Part shown: in pieces, positions 1-12,949 of the stretch | Numbering within the stretch: position 1 is the first letter of the stretch | Layout of the letters: each line of letters starts with the position of its first letter | Assembly (NCBI GenBank): GCA_013239625.1 | Contig: MU053629.1 | Location: 4,677,567 to 4,741,566 of the forward strand | DNA from: Lama guanicoe | Taxonomy: Eukaryota | Direction of reading: 5' to 3' | Length of the DNA: 64,000 bases | Notes under the pieces: model-generated | Seen by the model: only the letters and a program-made list of their open reading frames with translations | Databases searched by the model: none | Told to the model about the DNA's origin: nothing | Made by a program: the position numbers and the translations under genes

Positions 1-19
1 AGTGAGGGTCCTAACCCCT

Positions 20-170
20 GCCTGAGGTGTCGTGATACTGTGTTATAGTACTACCACTGGGGGAACTGGGGGAACTGGGGGAAGGGTGCACAAAACCTCC
101 GTGTGTATATGTTTTTCAGCTGCTTGTTTGTTAATAAGTATTTCAAAGTAAAAAATAAAATTTTAGAAAA
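20..170 (+). mobile_element. Old L1 (L1M/L1ME-type) 3' end fragment
   Basis: ggggaactggg...aagggtgcacaaaacctc...tatttcaaagtaaaaa pattern with an A-rich end. Includes a 9-mer x3 expansion at 56-82. Confidence 0.55.
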
Positions 171-172
171 AG

Positions 173-345
173 GAAGTGTTACTGGCATGTGACCACGCCC
201 ACTTGTTTATGTGTTGTCTGTGGCTGCTCCAGCACTCTGGTCGCACCGTGGAGTAGTTGTGACAATTGTGGCAGAGACCATATGACCCATAAAGTGAAAA
301 ATGTTTACTGTCTGGCCCGTTACAGAAAAAGTTTGCCAGCCTCTG
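173..345 (+). mobile_element. hAT-Charlie DNA transposon relic, MER58B-like
   Basis: ccacgcccacttgtttatg...gagaccatatg...tttactgtctggcccgttacagaaaaagtttgcc matches the recalled MER58 3' half. Confidence 0.75.
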
Positions 346-810
346 ATCTCTGCCAGTGAAAGCTGTTTTTTGAAACTGGGTGCCTTCAGTTAATCAGCCC
401 GCACTTACTGAGCGCCTTCCATGCAGTTAGCCAGGCACGCTGTGAGACGTGGGCAAAATAGGAAACGTGGCGTTATCTGTAGCCACGTCGTATGTGACAT
501 AATAAAGACTGAAGTTGTACCAAGCATATCTTTAGAGAATAAGGAGGCATTTAATGTACGAATTTGATGCTTCATGCAGCATGTGAAAAGGGCACTTATG
601 AAAAAGAGCGATCTGGTGGGAAGGTGAGCAAAGACTCAGAAATAGAGCGTGATGTGACATGGGTGGGGGCAGGAGGTGTCGGGTAGAAGACAAATAACAG
701 ATTGTGGGAATATACAATTAGAGATCATGTGATGTCTTACCCTCATTTTACATCCATTTCTCTCACATTTGTATTCATACCTGTTTCTGTGCAGTGATAA
801 TAGCAATGAT

Positions 811-1058
811 AATAATAGCCAACACTTAATGAGAACCAGGTGCCAGTCACTCTTTTCAACCTTTACTCTTTGTATTAACTCTTTAAACCCTCACAGCAAC
901 CCTATGAAGTAGGTGATATTATTGTCCTTTTACAGATGAAGAAACAGAGGGATAAAGAAGTTAAATGACTTACCCAAGTTCATACAGCTAATAAGTGGCT
1001 GAGTCAGGAGTCAAACCGGAGTAATCAGCCTCCAGAGACTAAACTCTTAGCTGCTGTG
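811..1058 (-). mobile_element. MIR SINE
   Basis: MIR core ttttacagatgaagaaacagagg...ttaaatgacttacccaag in reverse orientation. Confidence 0.85.
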
Positions 1059-1474
1059 CCTCTCACACTATCCAGATTATTTATGTGTCTCTGCAAATCT
1101 AGATGAGGATTTTCACAGGGGCAGGGTTTTTTCTGCTCATTGTCTATATCCAGCGCCTCACACAGCACTAAATAAATGAATCAGTTCTTGAAAGCTACAT
1201 TCCAAAAATGACTGGTTTACCAGTTATAAGCGGAACATTTAACTTTTTGTATTAAATGTCTTACTTGCATGATAAAGTATAGAAGACACCGAGATGACTC
1301 AAATAGTCAGCTGCCCTGCATATGTGAACAGGCTTGCTTTATTTTCCTATAATCTGAAGTGTAAGGGACAAGAAAATGGTAATTAGGAAAAAAAGAGGGA
1401 AACTTGTCTAAGATTGTAAGTCATTAAAACAAACAAACAAAAACAGTGCTGACTTACGGGCTTACTGGTGCTTG

Positions 1475-1570
1475 TAGGAGACTTGGAAAGTCATCTGGTC
1501 CAACCTCCTCATTGACCAGTGAGGATACTCAGACCCGGAAAATGAAGTGGCGTGTTCAAGGACACATCAC
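1475..1570 (-). mobile_element. MIR/MIR3 fragment
   Basis: gtcatctggtccaacctcctcatt...gaggatactcagaccc...gaagtggcgtgttcaaggacaca. Confidence 0.6.
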
Positions 1571-2069
1571 ATTTTAGGGGTAGATAGTTAGGATTAACAG
1601 ACATTTTAATCCAAAGCTAGAAACATTTTCAACTGTATTTTAAAAGGATTTCATCCAGAAGGATTACAGAAGGGGTCCAGAAGGCTTTGTGGGCTTATAT
1701 TAAACCATTTCTGAGAAATTCTAATCACTAAATTTTTACTCTATTTTGAAGGTAAGAAGTCCCTGAAACTTTAACCTACTATTCAGTTATTGTGGTTTAT
1801 TATAATTTTTTAATAATCAAACATAAAAGTTTGACATTATTGTTGTGAATACCTGAAATTTTGAAATTAAGAAACCTTTTGTAGATACTTGTCCTTTGGG
1901 ATCAAGAGGACAATCTAAATAACTATTACCTCTTGAACATTTTTTTCTACCTAGACTATTCCTATTCTTGGAAGTTATCTTTACCCAGAATAAAACCTAT
2001 GCAGATTACATGATCCAACTCAGTTGGCCATGCTCACGCAATGGTGATGGTGAGGATTGAAAGGAGGCC

Positions 2070-2174
2070 AGTATTTACCAAGCATTCCCATGTGGCATGT
2101 ACTGAATCGAGCATATTACATGGATTCATTTAATGTTCACACACCTCCATTAAGTTTTTTAATTTATTATTATT

Positions 2175-2213
<39 letters not shown>

Positions 2214-2300
2214 TTCATTTTACAGATGAGGAAACCAAAGGCAAAGTAACTTTAGTCCAGAGTCTCAGAGCTGGCCAAGTAGTGACAGTCAAGATTTAAT
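2070..2300 (-). mobile_element. MIR SINE hosting a microsatellite
   Basis: cattttacagatgaggaaacc core plus MIR tail. Confidence 0.75.
2165..2212. repeat. Compound microsatellite (TAT)4(CAT)12
   Basis: Read directly. Confidence 0.95.
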
Positions 2301-2340
2301 TAGGGTACCAGCTTCTAGTTTCTGGTAGTAGGTTATTTGA

Positions 2341-2380
2341 ACCAACTCTTCTGTTGAAAAACCAACTCTTCTGTTGAAAA
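2341..2380. repeat. Perfect 20-bp tandem duplication (accaactcttctgttgaaaa x2)
   Basis: Read directly. Confidence 0.95.
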
Positions 2381-2899
2381 TGCTAAATAAAATACTTTTA
2401 AAACCATCTCAAGTGCACTGAGGAGCTAAAGAGTCGAATTCCTAGGACATTTCTCAGATGGAGTCCTACAATAGAGGGGAGAGCAGAACGTCAGAGCGAC
2501 AGAGCTGCCTGTTCCTGAGGACGTTTGCCCGTCCCGCAGCTGCGAATGATATGGGGGCCCCCTGATGGCAGAGGGTCTCGGGGGAGGTCTTCCCCATGTC
2601 ACACCGGGAGGTTGAAGGACTCCCCTGGCCATGCACCCCGGGTGCAAGAGCAAACCAGCTTTAGAGCTGCTCTTCCTCCCCCATCCCAGGGAGCAGAAGA
2701 GAAGGCTTTTCAGAGCCAAGTAGAGAAGCTGGAGAAGAAGGAAAAGAGGAAAAGTTGTGGCCATAGACTAACTCTGGCACAGATTTGCACCTTGGATATT
2801 TGTATACGTGACGTGACTTTGAAAAGGAGCTTCATGCTGAGGATGTCATTTGAGGTGGGCACATCCACCCAGGGCTTCAGAGAACCTCTCCAAATTTTT

Positions 2900-3150
2900 T
2901 TTTTTCAAGAGCAGAAACTAACAAGCAGTCAAAGAAAACCGAGTACACAGGGAAACAGCAACGTGAAGAGGAACCAGCAGGAACAGGAGCTGTGCGCAGA
3001 CTTCAGATCACAAATTTTCAAAGTGACAGAGTAGATCTGAGAAAATCGCAGACAAAACTACCAGATAAAAATAAAATAAACTCAGCATAGTGAGCACCTC
3101 AGCATATTGAACAGAGCAGAAGAGAGAATTAGTGAACTGGAAAATAGTCT
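2900..3150 (+). mobile_element. Degenerate L1 ORF1 (coiled-coil region) fragment
   Basis: gcagaagagagaattagtgaactggaa = AEERISELE, typical of L1 ORF1p, in a purine-rich context. Confidence 0.55.
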
Positions 3151-4159
3151 GAGTTAGAGCATCCTGACTCCAGAACCCTTGTTTAACCAGTATGATCTTA
3201 CTGGCTTTGTAACATATGTTTGTGATATATGTTTTGATTACATACTAACTGAAAGTATTTGTGCTTACTTTGTTAATTTTCTGAGTAGCCTAACCCTGAG
3301 CAGAAATTCCTTTATAGGATGAGATAAGAGATGTATCTTGGTGTCTTCCTGCTTGTGACAAGTAAACCTTGGGCGAGCACTGCGTCACAGCAGTAATCTC
3401 ATTTTGTTAGCTTGTTGTAAGAATAATATTTCTCCAGTGAGAAGCTGTCAGAATCTTGTCCTTAAGGAGTGCTTCTGTCAGCTCCTATCTGTGACCATTA
3501 TCACTTTTGCTGTTTTTTTCTTTTTAAGTTCAATTTTTCTATGCTCTGTTTGCAGATGACGGTTTCATTTGTTTCCATAGTTTGGGGGCAAATGTGATGA
3601 TTGTATTTAATCTTATTGTTGGTCCTGCCAACATATTTCGTATTAGGTTCCACTTTTGCTTATTTGGTTTTTTTCTGTGCTCTGGATGGAGTGCTGTATA
3701 TTGATAACTGTGAGCTAGTGGAATGAAGAAAGGGAGAGGGGACAGAAAGAAGAGATAGGGAGGAAGGCAATATTTGGTCATTTCTTTAACAATTGTGGAG
3801 GACTTTAGGATTTTCATGTTTGCTGGAAGTTCTCGATGGACGTGAATAGCAATCATACGCGGGACAGTTAGCATTAGAAGAACGCTCCGGGGAACTCGGT
3901 GATTAGTTCATGCTTAAACCCAAATGTGCGGTAAACGTGTATTGCGTCCCTTTAGTCAGCACACACTGACGGTGCACCAGCTGTGTGCCAGGCGTGGTAC
4001 TGCGTGTGAGCTGAGCAGGACACTCTCTTTGCTTGGCCCTTGAACGGGGCCCATAGAAGAAGCATTCACAAAGCAGAGAAGAGGAAGAGAGATCATTGCC
4101 TCTGCAGGAAACATAGAAATGTTTCATGACTGTAGCTGAGTTTGCCAGAAATTCACCCA

Positions 4160-4290
4160 AAGAAATTATTATTTGAAATGAAAATCCCCAGAGCCACCCC
4201 TAGAGATTCTGATACTGGGTGGTCATTTGTAATAAGCACCTCAGGCAGGTCTATGATGGCAAGTCCAAAGGCTGCATTTTGAGAAATACC
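4160..4290. mobile_element. MER5-family hAT-Charlie relic
   Basis: gccacccctagagattctgat...taagcacctcagg...ttttgagaaatacc. Confidence 0.55.
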
Positions 4291-4349
4291 AGACTGAGGG
4301 TAGGATGTGGCTCTTCTGACTCCCAGTTCTAGGGACTATTTGCTATACT

Positions 4350-4770
4350 GGAAAGAACCCTGACTTTGCAGTCAGACATGTGTGGATTATCTGAATAAAA
4401 TATACGCTTAATGCTAACCCAGAGCTCTAGACTCTGGCAAGTCACTTAATCTTACTAAGCCTCAGTTTTGACATCTGTAAAATGAGGGCAGTAATATTTG
4501 TAAGATTGTTATGAAGTGTAGAGGATGCAAAGTATCTAGCCAAGTGTCCGGGACATACTAGGTGGTCATTAAAAGATAGCTATTATTATCCTTCCGTAGT
4601 GGGTCCAAGTTGAACTTCTATGTGCCTCATTTTCCTTCGCTGTTAAATTGGGATGATGCCAGTACCAGTCTAATATGGGTGCTTCTGAGTCTGAAGTGAG
4701 ATATGCATGAAGAGCACATAAAACAATGCCTGGCACATGGAGATTCTTCAGTAAACACACAGAGTGGTGA
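4350..4770 (+). mobile_element. Two adjacent MIR SINEs
   Basis: ggcaagtcacttaatc...gcctcagttt...catctgtaaaatgagg, then a second core gcctcattttcc...aatgcctggcacatgg. Confidence 0.75.
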
Positions 4771-4777
4771 TGTCATT

Positions 4778-4778
4778 G

Positions 4779-4810
<32 letters not shown>

Positions 4811-4813
4811 GGT
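4778..4813. repeat. Compound microsatellite (GTT)6(GGT)6
   Basis: Read directly. Confidence 0.95.
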
Positions 4814-5849
4814 GATGGGGACGACGGCATTACTCCTGTAACTGGCTGGCCAGTGCCATGTGACTACATCGTAGTCTATGGATCTAGCTAGAACTGGAGA
4901 ATGGGTTCATTCATGTATGAACAAGGAACTTGAAAAGTGATGCTGTGGGGACTTAGAACACAAAAGGAAAAGTATTAGGGGATTGGAATGACCGTGTCTG
5001 TTAGCAGCTGGGAGGAATGGTCACATGACACATGGCCCTTGGGAAGAATTATTCTCAGTAGGAAAGGGGCTTTTACAAATTAAAGAAATAAATAAAGGAA
5101 AGGAAATAAGGCAGTCCATCCTGCTACCTCAGGGTAGGGCTTTGTGTAATTTCATGGAAAGTGGTCCCAGGAGAAGGCAGTAAATACACTGAGATAGCCT
5201 GGTCAGTGGGGGTGGGAAGCAGGTTACGAAGTTCAGGGTCCCAACGAAGCCAACCACCCAAGATGTGGGACTGTGCCAACTCACCTGAGAGTATCTGGCC
5301 CCCGTCTTCCACACCTCTGGTGTATCCCCTGCTGATGAGTTGGTGAATGTCTTATTTCTTCTATCCACAGTGGACAGGGCCGACTCTGACCCCAGTTACT
5401 CTTAAGGGCTCTCATGGAAGCTTTTGAAGGATGATGGCTATGGTGGCTTCCAGGAACTGAAGGGATGGCACAAAGAACAGAATGCCATACATGGGGCCAA
5501 GAGGTGTGGGTCATGGTCCTAGCCCTGCCCTGACTCACTCTGTAACCTTGAGCAACCACTCCATCTCAGCAAGACCTCAGTTTCCCTTGTTCATTTGTTC
5601 CTGAGCTCATTCAAAAGACTTCTAGGAAGTCCCCTACTGAATGCCAAGTCCTGGAGGGTTCGAGAGACCAGGCAGCACCCACTTCAGTATGAAATTATTC
5701 CTGTTAAAGTAGAGAGTGTGCAGATAATTCCTGGACCAGGTATTTGCTAGATATCTTGAATGGAAGACCAAGGTCTAGAGTCCCAATTGGAACTTGCAGA
5801 CTGCTCCTTGGTTCATATCAAAAGAAACCCTGATAAATGGAATAAAATG

Positions 5850-5955
5850 TTGAGTAGTAGGTGAATCTGGGGAAAGGAAATACGATGTTCTTTGTACTAT
5901 TCTTAATCTTTCAACTTTCCTGTAAGTTCAAAGTTATCTCCAAATGAAAAAAAAA
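5850..5955 (+). mobile_element. Old L1 3' end fragment
   Basis: ggtgaatctggggaaagg...gttctttgtactattctt...caacttttcctgtaagtt followed by an A tail. Confidence 0.6.
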
Positions 5956-6039
5956 TCAGAAGCCCTAGTGATTCAGGCCCATCTCTTAAAATGCAAGTAA
6001 GTGATAATATTATATAACATGTAATTTGCCAGTGCACAA

Positions 6040-6240
6040 CTAAGACCACTGGATTTGCTGGGAGAGGACCTCCCAAGTTCAAGTCTCAGCTCTTCTGCTA
6101 GCTTAGGACTTTGCCTAATTATTTCACTAATTTCAGCCTCTATTTTCTTCATCTGTAATATAAAGATAACAGAGTTTCCCTCACAGTGTCTTTGAGGATT
6201 CAGTAAGATTATATCTATCTATATTACCTATACAGTGTCT
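6040..6240 (+). mobile_element. MIR SINE
   Basis: gttcaagtctcagctc...cagcctctattttcttcatctgtaa. Confidence 0.65.
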
Positions 6241-6383
6241 ATGTATCATATAAAATTGTTTTTCTTTTCATAATAAGCTGTGTAGGCATTGAAGGCTCTC
6301 TGCCTTAGCTGAACTCATGTTGGTGTATGTGTTGCCTGGAGTAGCTTACATCAGCCTATAAGCTCCCTTCTGTTTCCTTCCAG

Positions 6384-6455
6384 CCTGAAAGAATTTCAGG
6401 GGAGCAGTATGGAATCCATTCTGATGTCTGGAGCTTAGGGATCTCTTTCATGGAG
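6384..6455 (+). CDS. MAP2K5: MAP2K5 coding exon (72 nt, about human exon 16): PERISGEQYGIHSDVWSLGISFME, kinase subdomains VIII (end)-IX
   Basis: Acceptor ttctgtttccttccag|CCT, donor GAG|gtatgt. Contains the kinase (A)PE and DVWSLG motifs. Confidence 0.98.
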
Positions 6456-6624
6456 GTATGTTCTTGTTTGCAAATAGATGCTTCTCTGTATATCTGTACT
6501 AATACGTTCTATCAGGAAGAGTGAAGATTTTGAAACAAAAATTAAACCTCAGGTGTGTTATGTGTGTATGTAAACAGAGTTTAACTCAGTAGTCCTTATT
6601 TTAATGTCCTTGCAGGCTTGTGAA

Positions 6625-6810
6625 CTGTCTGTTCTAAAATGCTGTTTGTCACAAATCACCTGTATGCAACTTACCTGGAGTGCTTCATAAAAATACAGAT
6701 TCTCAGACTCCATCCGACACCAGTTAAAAATTCACATCTCTAAGAATCAGCATGATTAACATGCTCCCCATGTGATCCTTCTGCACGCTGAGTCTGGAGA
6801 ACCTGTGTTT
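6625..6810. mobile_element. MER5A-like DNA transposon relic
   Basis: ttacctggagtgctt...aaaatacagattctcag...aacatgctccccatgtgatcct...gagtctggagaacc. Confidence 0.65.
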
Positions 6811-7749
6811 TAAAAGAGAAGTTCCAGGAAAATTACGTGTGGTAGCAGCCTTGTAGGAATGCATATGTAACTTCCAAAGGTGATTACTTTATTAAAGAGT
6901 ACAGCCCTACTCATTTGGATGTATAAATTCTGTATGTTTGTTTAGAAAGGAAAAAAAACCACCTTGTTCCAGTAGAATCACATCATGTGTTGGGGGACAG
7001 GGTGTGGTGTGATTAGGAGGAGGTTATGCCCAGTTTTAATGTCTTTCCTCTTTCTAGCTGTATTTAGAATGGACTTTATCTTAGAATGCTGCATGTAGCC
7101 CCACTTGAACTCCGTGCTGAGGTGTCTGTACAGTAATGATTGATCCAGAAGGAGATACGTGGGATTTATATCAGAAGGACATCTGGCTCAGCATGAATTA
7201 TGGTCGGATAGAGTCTGGATATTCACCAGTGCGTCAAGAACTGTATTTTGCACGCATTGATTCAGATAAAGGAGGACTCTTTTAAAAAGTAGACAGAACT
7301 CCTTAAATAAAATCATGGATAGAGTTGCAGTCACAATTTCATCATTTTTTTTTTTTTGGTGAAGTACTTTTTCTGTGATTTTTGTAATGCATGAATGCAG
7401 TTGACTTTCTAAGGAAATATCTTCAGACTCAGTTCACCTGCACTATAGAAAACAAAGATATTCAAAGTTTATTAAGCCATATTTCTCTGCTTCTTTATAA
7501 AAGGGAATCTAAGAGCAAACACAATAATGTACGCATCAGTTGAGAGGTCAGCAGTAAAGGAGGAGAGATGCTCAGAACTGACTCTCCTGAAGGGCTTGTC
7601 CAGTTAGCCTGTTTCAGGGGGAAACTAGTGCTTTTGATTTGTGGAGCTCAAGTCTTGCTGTCACATAATTTCCCTTTGCCTATTTTAAATCATTGTCATC
7701 GAATGTATTTGATAAACAACCAGACAATACTATAAAATGTTTGTGAAGT

Positions 7750-7930
7750 TCCATGGTGTAAAGATAAGAATCCTAGACTGGGAATGAAAGACCTGGTTTG
7801 CAGTCCCAGCTCTGCTGCTGGTTTTCTGGGTGACCCTGTGCAAGCCACTGCCCCTCACTTTGGGCCTCAGTTTTTTCATCAGTAAAATAATGACCTCTAA
7901 GCCCCTTTCCAGACTAACATTCTACAACTC
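7750..7930 (+). mobile_element. MIR SINE
   Basis: agactgggaatgaaagacctgg...tgggcctcagttttttcatcagtaaaat. Confidence 0.75.
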
Positions 7931-8079
7931 TCTGCTCTTGTCTTTCTGTAACTTTCTGCAGCAGCTCTGGAATTGTGTGACTTAATGATACACCCTAGCA
8001 TGGCATCGTAGGCAGAGGCGTGGCAGTACTGTGAGAGAGCATTAAGTAATAGATTTAAGATGTAGAGCACGCACGCGTG

Positions 8080-8780
8080 TTCACCATTCCTTCCTTCCAC
8101 ATTCATTTCTTCATTCGTGTATTCAGCCCCTGCTGTGTCTCCTAGGTAGACGAGGGGATATAGCAACGGAGGAGACTCCATTCTTGAGTCTCACGGAGTT
8201 GCCTTTGGCGAGGGGTGGGGCATGAAAAGAAGGACAGAGAACAGAAGGATAATGAGGTATATAATTTGTCAGGTGGTGGTAAGTCCTACAGAGAAAAATA
8301 AAGCAGATAAAGTAACCTTTGAGAAGAGACTTGAATGATTTGAAACAAAGGGGTGGCCATCGGGCAACAGCAGATACAAAGGTGCTAAGCTGGGGTGTGT
8401 TTGGCATATTTAAGGAAAGCAGGGAGACAGGGGTGACTGGAGTGGAATTAGCAAGGGAAATGGGAAAGGCAGCCAAGGACCAGATCACATACCAGCTTGT
8501 AGGCCACGGTAAGGAATATGGCTGTTACTCTGAGAGGAAATCTTCTAAATTACATTTTCAAGGGGTAACTGGGTGCTCTGTGGAGCACAGACTGTAGAGG
8601 GGCAATCATGGAAGCAGGGAGATCAGGTAAGATAGGAAGGTAGGTAGATGGATGGATAGATGCTTAATAAATAGAACGTATTTATATTGCATATTGAAAT
8701 GTATGTCTGCCAGTATTTTGCCGGATGCTAGGGATACGAGGATTAATAAAAAGAGACGCTGTCCTATAGGGAGGGAGATT
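8080..8780 (-). mobile_element. L2 LINE fragments
   Basis: cattcatt tail, then ttgtaggccacggtaagga...ttactctgag L2 body motifs. Confidence 0.7.
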
Positions 8781-11097
8781 GCCATGGATGTATTTGGGGT
8801 TTTGTTGATCATGTCCATATACCCTGGAGGTACACTACTGAAGAACTGAAGAACACAGACTCACTGAATCTGTAAGACTGAGGAGGATTAAGGTGTAAGG
8901 AACTGTGTGAGGAGGTGTCCTCGTTGAGTGTGCGACACCTGAATGCCAGAAGGAGCCTGTTGGGTCATGCGGTAAAGTGGAGAGCGGACAAGGACCACAC
9001 TGGTCAGGAGTGAGGGCAGAGACGGGCTGGGTACTTTACAGTGGGTGACGAGGAGCCGGGTGTCACGTGAGAAGGAAGAGGAGGTGGCATTAGCAGATGC
9101 GAAGTGCAGTCTGATTATGATCATCAAAAAGGGTTGCTGGGCACCTCTTTGCAGTGCCCACCTAAACGCTTTTGAAAGGAGCTAGGTGATTGACGGCTCT
9201 GTATTGTGGGAGCTTATGATCCACCAGACAGGCAGGTGAGAATGAATGACCAAACACAGGTGGTGGGCTGTGTCTTCATAGAGTAGAGCGAGGCCCCAGC
9301 GTGTGTGTTCTGCCAAATTCTCTTGGGGTGCAGGGTAACAGAAAACACGTGCTAGGGAATTGGGGGGGTGGAGATTTTGAGTCCATAGATGAGAAATTGT
9401 GGGTGATTCAATAATAAGGAGACCCCAAGGTTCTTTTTTTTAAGGAGCAGATCTGATGAGAATATTACCTGAAGAGATTGGGAATTTAGTCCCAAAAAGG
9501 CACATCAAGGCCAGTTTCTTCTTTGTTTTCACCACAGTATGTTGGAATAGATGTGGAAAACCTTGTTTAAAATCACTGTAGATTGGAAGAAGTGTGGCTC
9601 TCAGTAACACTGTAAAATTCTGAATAACAACCTGTGTTCTGAAACATAGTCCACATCTTCAAAGAAGAATTGCTTCTCTTTTCTTTATCCTCACTTTTGG
9701 AAGCAAGATTCCCTTCCTCGTATGCACCCTGACGAGTAGAAACTTTCATTCAATAAATATCAGTAATTATTCAGTAATCATGTAAGCACTTACCGTGTGC
9801 TGAGAAAAGCCCACCTCTGGTAGAGGAGACAGACACCTGGAGCCCAGAACAGTGTGACAAAGCCAAGAGTTAAGATGTTTATGAAGTAACCCGAGCTACA
9901 GAGGCTGGAGGTGAGGGGCAGGTTTCTCGAAGGAGCTGACAACTGAGCCGGGTTGGTCTTGAAGGGAGCTGCCACTGGGAGAAAGAAGGAAAAGATGGGG
10001 GAGCCCCCCCCACCCCAGCACACTCTAAGGTGGATCTCTGTGAACACTTGGGGAGAGACCCGGTGTCTAAGTATGCGAGGCCTACCTATTTGTGTGGTTA
10101 CCTTCCTCAAAGTGTTTTCCGTCAGTCAGTGTATCCCCTAGGCTGGTAAAGAAACAAGTGGAACAAAAAAATGTGGGAAACAGAGCAAAGGAATTGTCCT
10201 GAAATTACACAAGAATCTAATAGAGACAGAATGGGCATTAGAGTTTTCTATCCCTTCTACCTCTACCTAGCACCCCCCACCCCCAAATTCCATAAAATCC
10301 CTGAACTTGGGTGATGCGGAGTCAGAAATGTGCCTTTATTGCTTTCAAGTCCTAAAATAACAGGGTTCACCCTTGCTTGCCTCGTTCACACTGCCCCTTC
10401 CCTTGTCACTGTGCTGTCACAGTTCCCATGGGGAGTCGTAACAAGGCCTCTCGCCACACTCCTTCATAAAAGATAACGCTACACGCCACTAAAATGTGCC
10501 ATTAAAAAGTCACAGACAGGTACATTTGTGCCTTAAGCAAAGAATCTTTAATATGACTGTGTTTTATCCAGGGCTAGAACGGCCCCGCCTCCTCTCAGTT
10601 CAGCATCCCTCTGTTGTGGGATAAAATGGGTCTCTTCCAGGATTTTGTCAGCTGTGTGTAGTACTTGGAGTTGGCAGAAGTAACATGAAGATGGACATTA
10701 CCCTTAAGAAGGGGGAAAGATGGTATTATTCAGCTTAACCAGAACACAGCACTTTTAGTAAACGTGGAGATTTTGGCCCCTTTCTGTGTTTTTCGGGTCT
10801 GGTTTTCAACTCAAGATCTTTAAATGTGTTGTAGTTCTCCTCATGCAGATTAGTTACAGAACAGAATAAAGGTCATTGCCATATACGGGGTTTGTGTGGG
10901 CTCACTTCGTAATGGGGCAAGGAACCCACGTGGAATTAATTGCACTTCTTCCTTGAACCTACATGACAAAAATCAGTGTGGAAATGCAAAAAAAAAGAGG
11001 AGAAGAAAAAAGAAGTGAGGCCCACTAACCAGAGTACAGAACTTCTGATCTAGGACAAACTGGGAAGAGTAATCCTACCCTAGAATATTTGTTCTGA

Positions 11098-11250
11098 GGG
11101 GGGAGGGTATAGCTCAGTGGTAGAGTGATTGCTTAGTGTGCCCGAGGTCCTGGGTTCAATCCCCAGTACCTCCTCTAGTAAATAAATAAATAAATCTAAT
11201 TACCTTCTGCCACAAAAAGGAAACAAAGAACAAAATTTAAAAAAAAAAAA
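11098..11250 (+). mobile_element. tRNA-Ala-derived camelid SINE (vic-1 type)
   Basis: ggggagggtatagctcagtggtagag (A box)...gggttcaatcccc (B box) and an A-rich tail. TSD agaatatttg at 11082-11091 and 11250-11259. Confidence 0.9.
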
Positions 11251-12724
11251 GAATATTTGACTCTTTTTCAAAGTTCATGCTGATTCAGTTGACTGGGTGA
11301 TTTTTAGGACTATTCATCCTGGTGGTTGCTCTGCAGGATTTCAGGGCTAAACTTTAAAATGAAAATGAGCATGGACATAATAAGGGCTTCGGTTTCACCA
11401 AGTTTGATGCTTTTAATTCCTAGGGGTAGGGAATACCTAAAACGTTCCAGGGCAGAATTTCTTAATTTCGCAGCCTGCGCAGTGCATCTCTCCTGTCCCA
11501 CACGACGAGCAGCTTGAGGAGAGGGTCCCACTGCTGTTTTCCACGAATTAGTTGCTCCATTCATATTCTCATGTCATTCAAGTCGCAACATAAATCTGTA
11601 GGAGGGAAGTAAACAGTCACATTTGGAAACGCTGGATTTTTAGGTTGGGCTTAACTGGGTCAAAAAATAAGTCAACACACGCCCTCCTCTAGCCTTGCAT
11701 TGTCAGCCCCAGGACGATGCCCACACATCTGAAAAGGCAGCACGTCAGTCCTGCGCGCTCCTTCTCGCTGAGCGTGCTCTCCGCGTACACGTTCTGGTTT
11801 GTGATTCTCTTCGGCGGGCTATTATAAAAGCCTTATTAAGGCCGGTGGTGAATAATCTGACAGCCTTTTCCGCGGGAGTCAGACTGAAAGCCCCATCTTT
11901 AGAGCATGCATTTTGCTCTTTTCACTCAGGTCCTCGCTCTTCCCGCCTTTGTTTGCCCCCTCTCTCCACCGGTCTCTTGGGTCCGAGGCATAGAACAATC
12001 TGGCTCGATGTGCTTGGTTAATTGGAGTGTCATCGAGCCCTCTGAGACCCCTCTTCACTGTTTTACTGAAGTGGCTTGAATGATGTGCTGAATGATGAAA
12101 GCAAGGTCCGGGGCTCAGAAAACTGTCTCCAGATAGGTGAAGAACACATCCAGGGAGTCACGCCAGGTCACTGTCATCAAAGGAGCACCACCTTCTGAGG
12201 ATTTTATGGATTCTTTTGTTTTGACAGAGTTAAAGTTTTTCTTGTGAGTTTGAGAATTACCTTTACCAAGTTAAAAATATGCAAGGAATACTATGTTATT
12301 CACTCTCCATGGAATGTCATTTTTCTTTTCTTCCCAAGATACAATTTAAATACCCATCCGTTATGACACCAGCTCTGATCTCTCCAGCTGAAAGTAACAT
12401 CTTCTTCATCTACGTCTTCCTTGTGGCATGTGCATTTTTCATTTCGTATTATAATTTATAGACATGTCATAGTTCCTTATGACGGGATTTAAATCTGATT
12501 CTCTCATAATCTCCTCCACCCTCTAGCGCAGTTTCATTTCCCTGTTGGGTACTCAAGAAATCTTTTTGCCTCAAGTTTTTCATCCTTCTGTAATGGTTTT
12601 AAAGCAGGTTCTGAAAACAAAGATCAGCGTTAAAGTTTGTTGGAGCTTTTACCGTGAGTGCTCACAAACATTTGCTGAATAGATCACAAATGTGAAAAAG
12701 AGCTTCCTGTTTGCCAAAGTATCA

Positions 12725-12870
12725 GCCCTAAGTTCAAATTCCACTTCTGCCAGTATAAACTATAGATCTAAGGTGACTCACTTAATCTCTCTGAGCCTCA
12801 GTTTCCTGTTTTTAGATAGGAGCTCTACTTCAGAGTTTCTGGAAAGGTCACAGTGAGAAAGTTAAGGCAT
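12725..12870 (+). mobile_element. MIR SINE
   Basis: cacttaatctctctgagcctcagtttcct core. Confidence 0.75.
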
Positions 12871-12949
12871 TATCCCCTCTCTTTAAGAGACAATTACCTT
12901 TTGAAATGTTTGTATTTGGTTCAAAAAGCCTGCTAATTTGGTTAAAGCA

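Noticed and set aside
2057..2299. ORF with poly-Tyr/poly-His
   Set aside because: Translation of a (TAT)(CAT) microsatellite within a MIR; HFTDEET is the MIR core.
2525..3034. 169-aa ORF
   Set aside because: Non-ATG start, no recognisable domain, and it runs into a decayed L1 ORF1 relic; consistent with a chance ORF.
11098..11172. tRNA-Ala genes (also at 16677 and 49068)
   Set aside because: Disrupted stems, shared SINE tail, A-rich ends and TSDs mark them as SINE copies.
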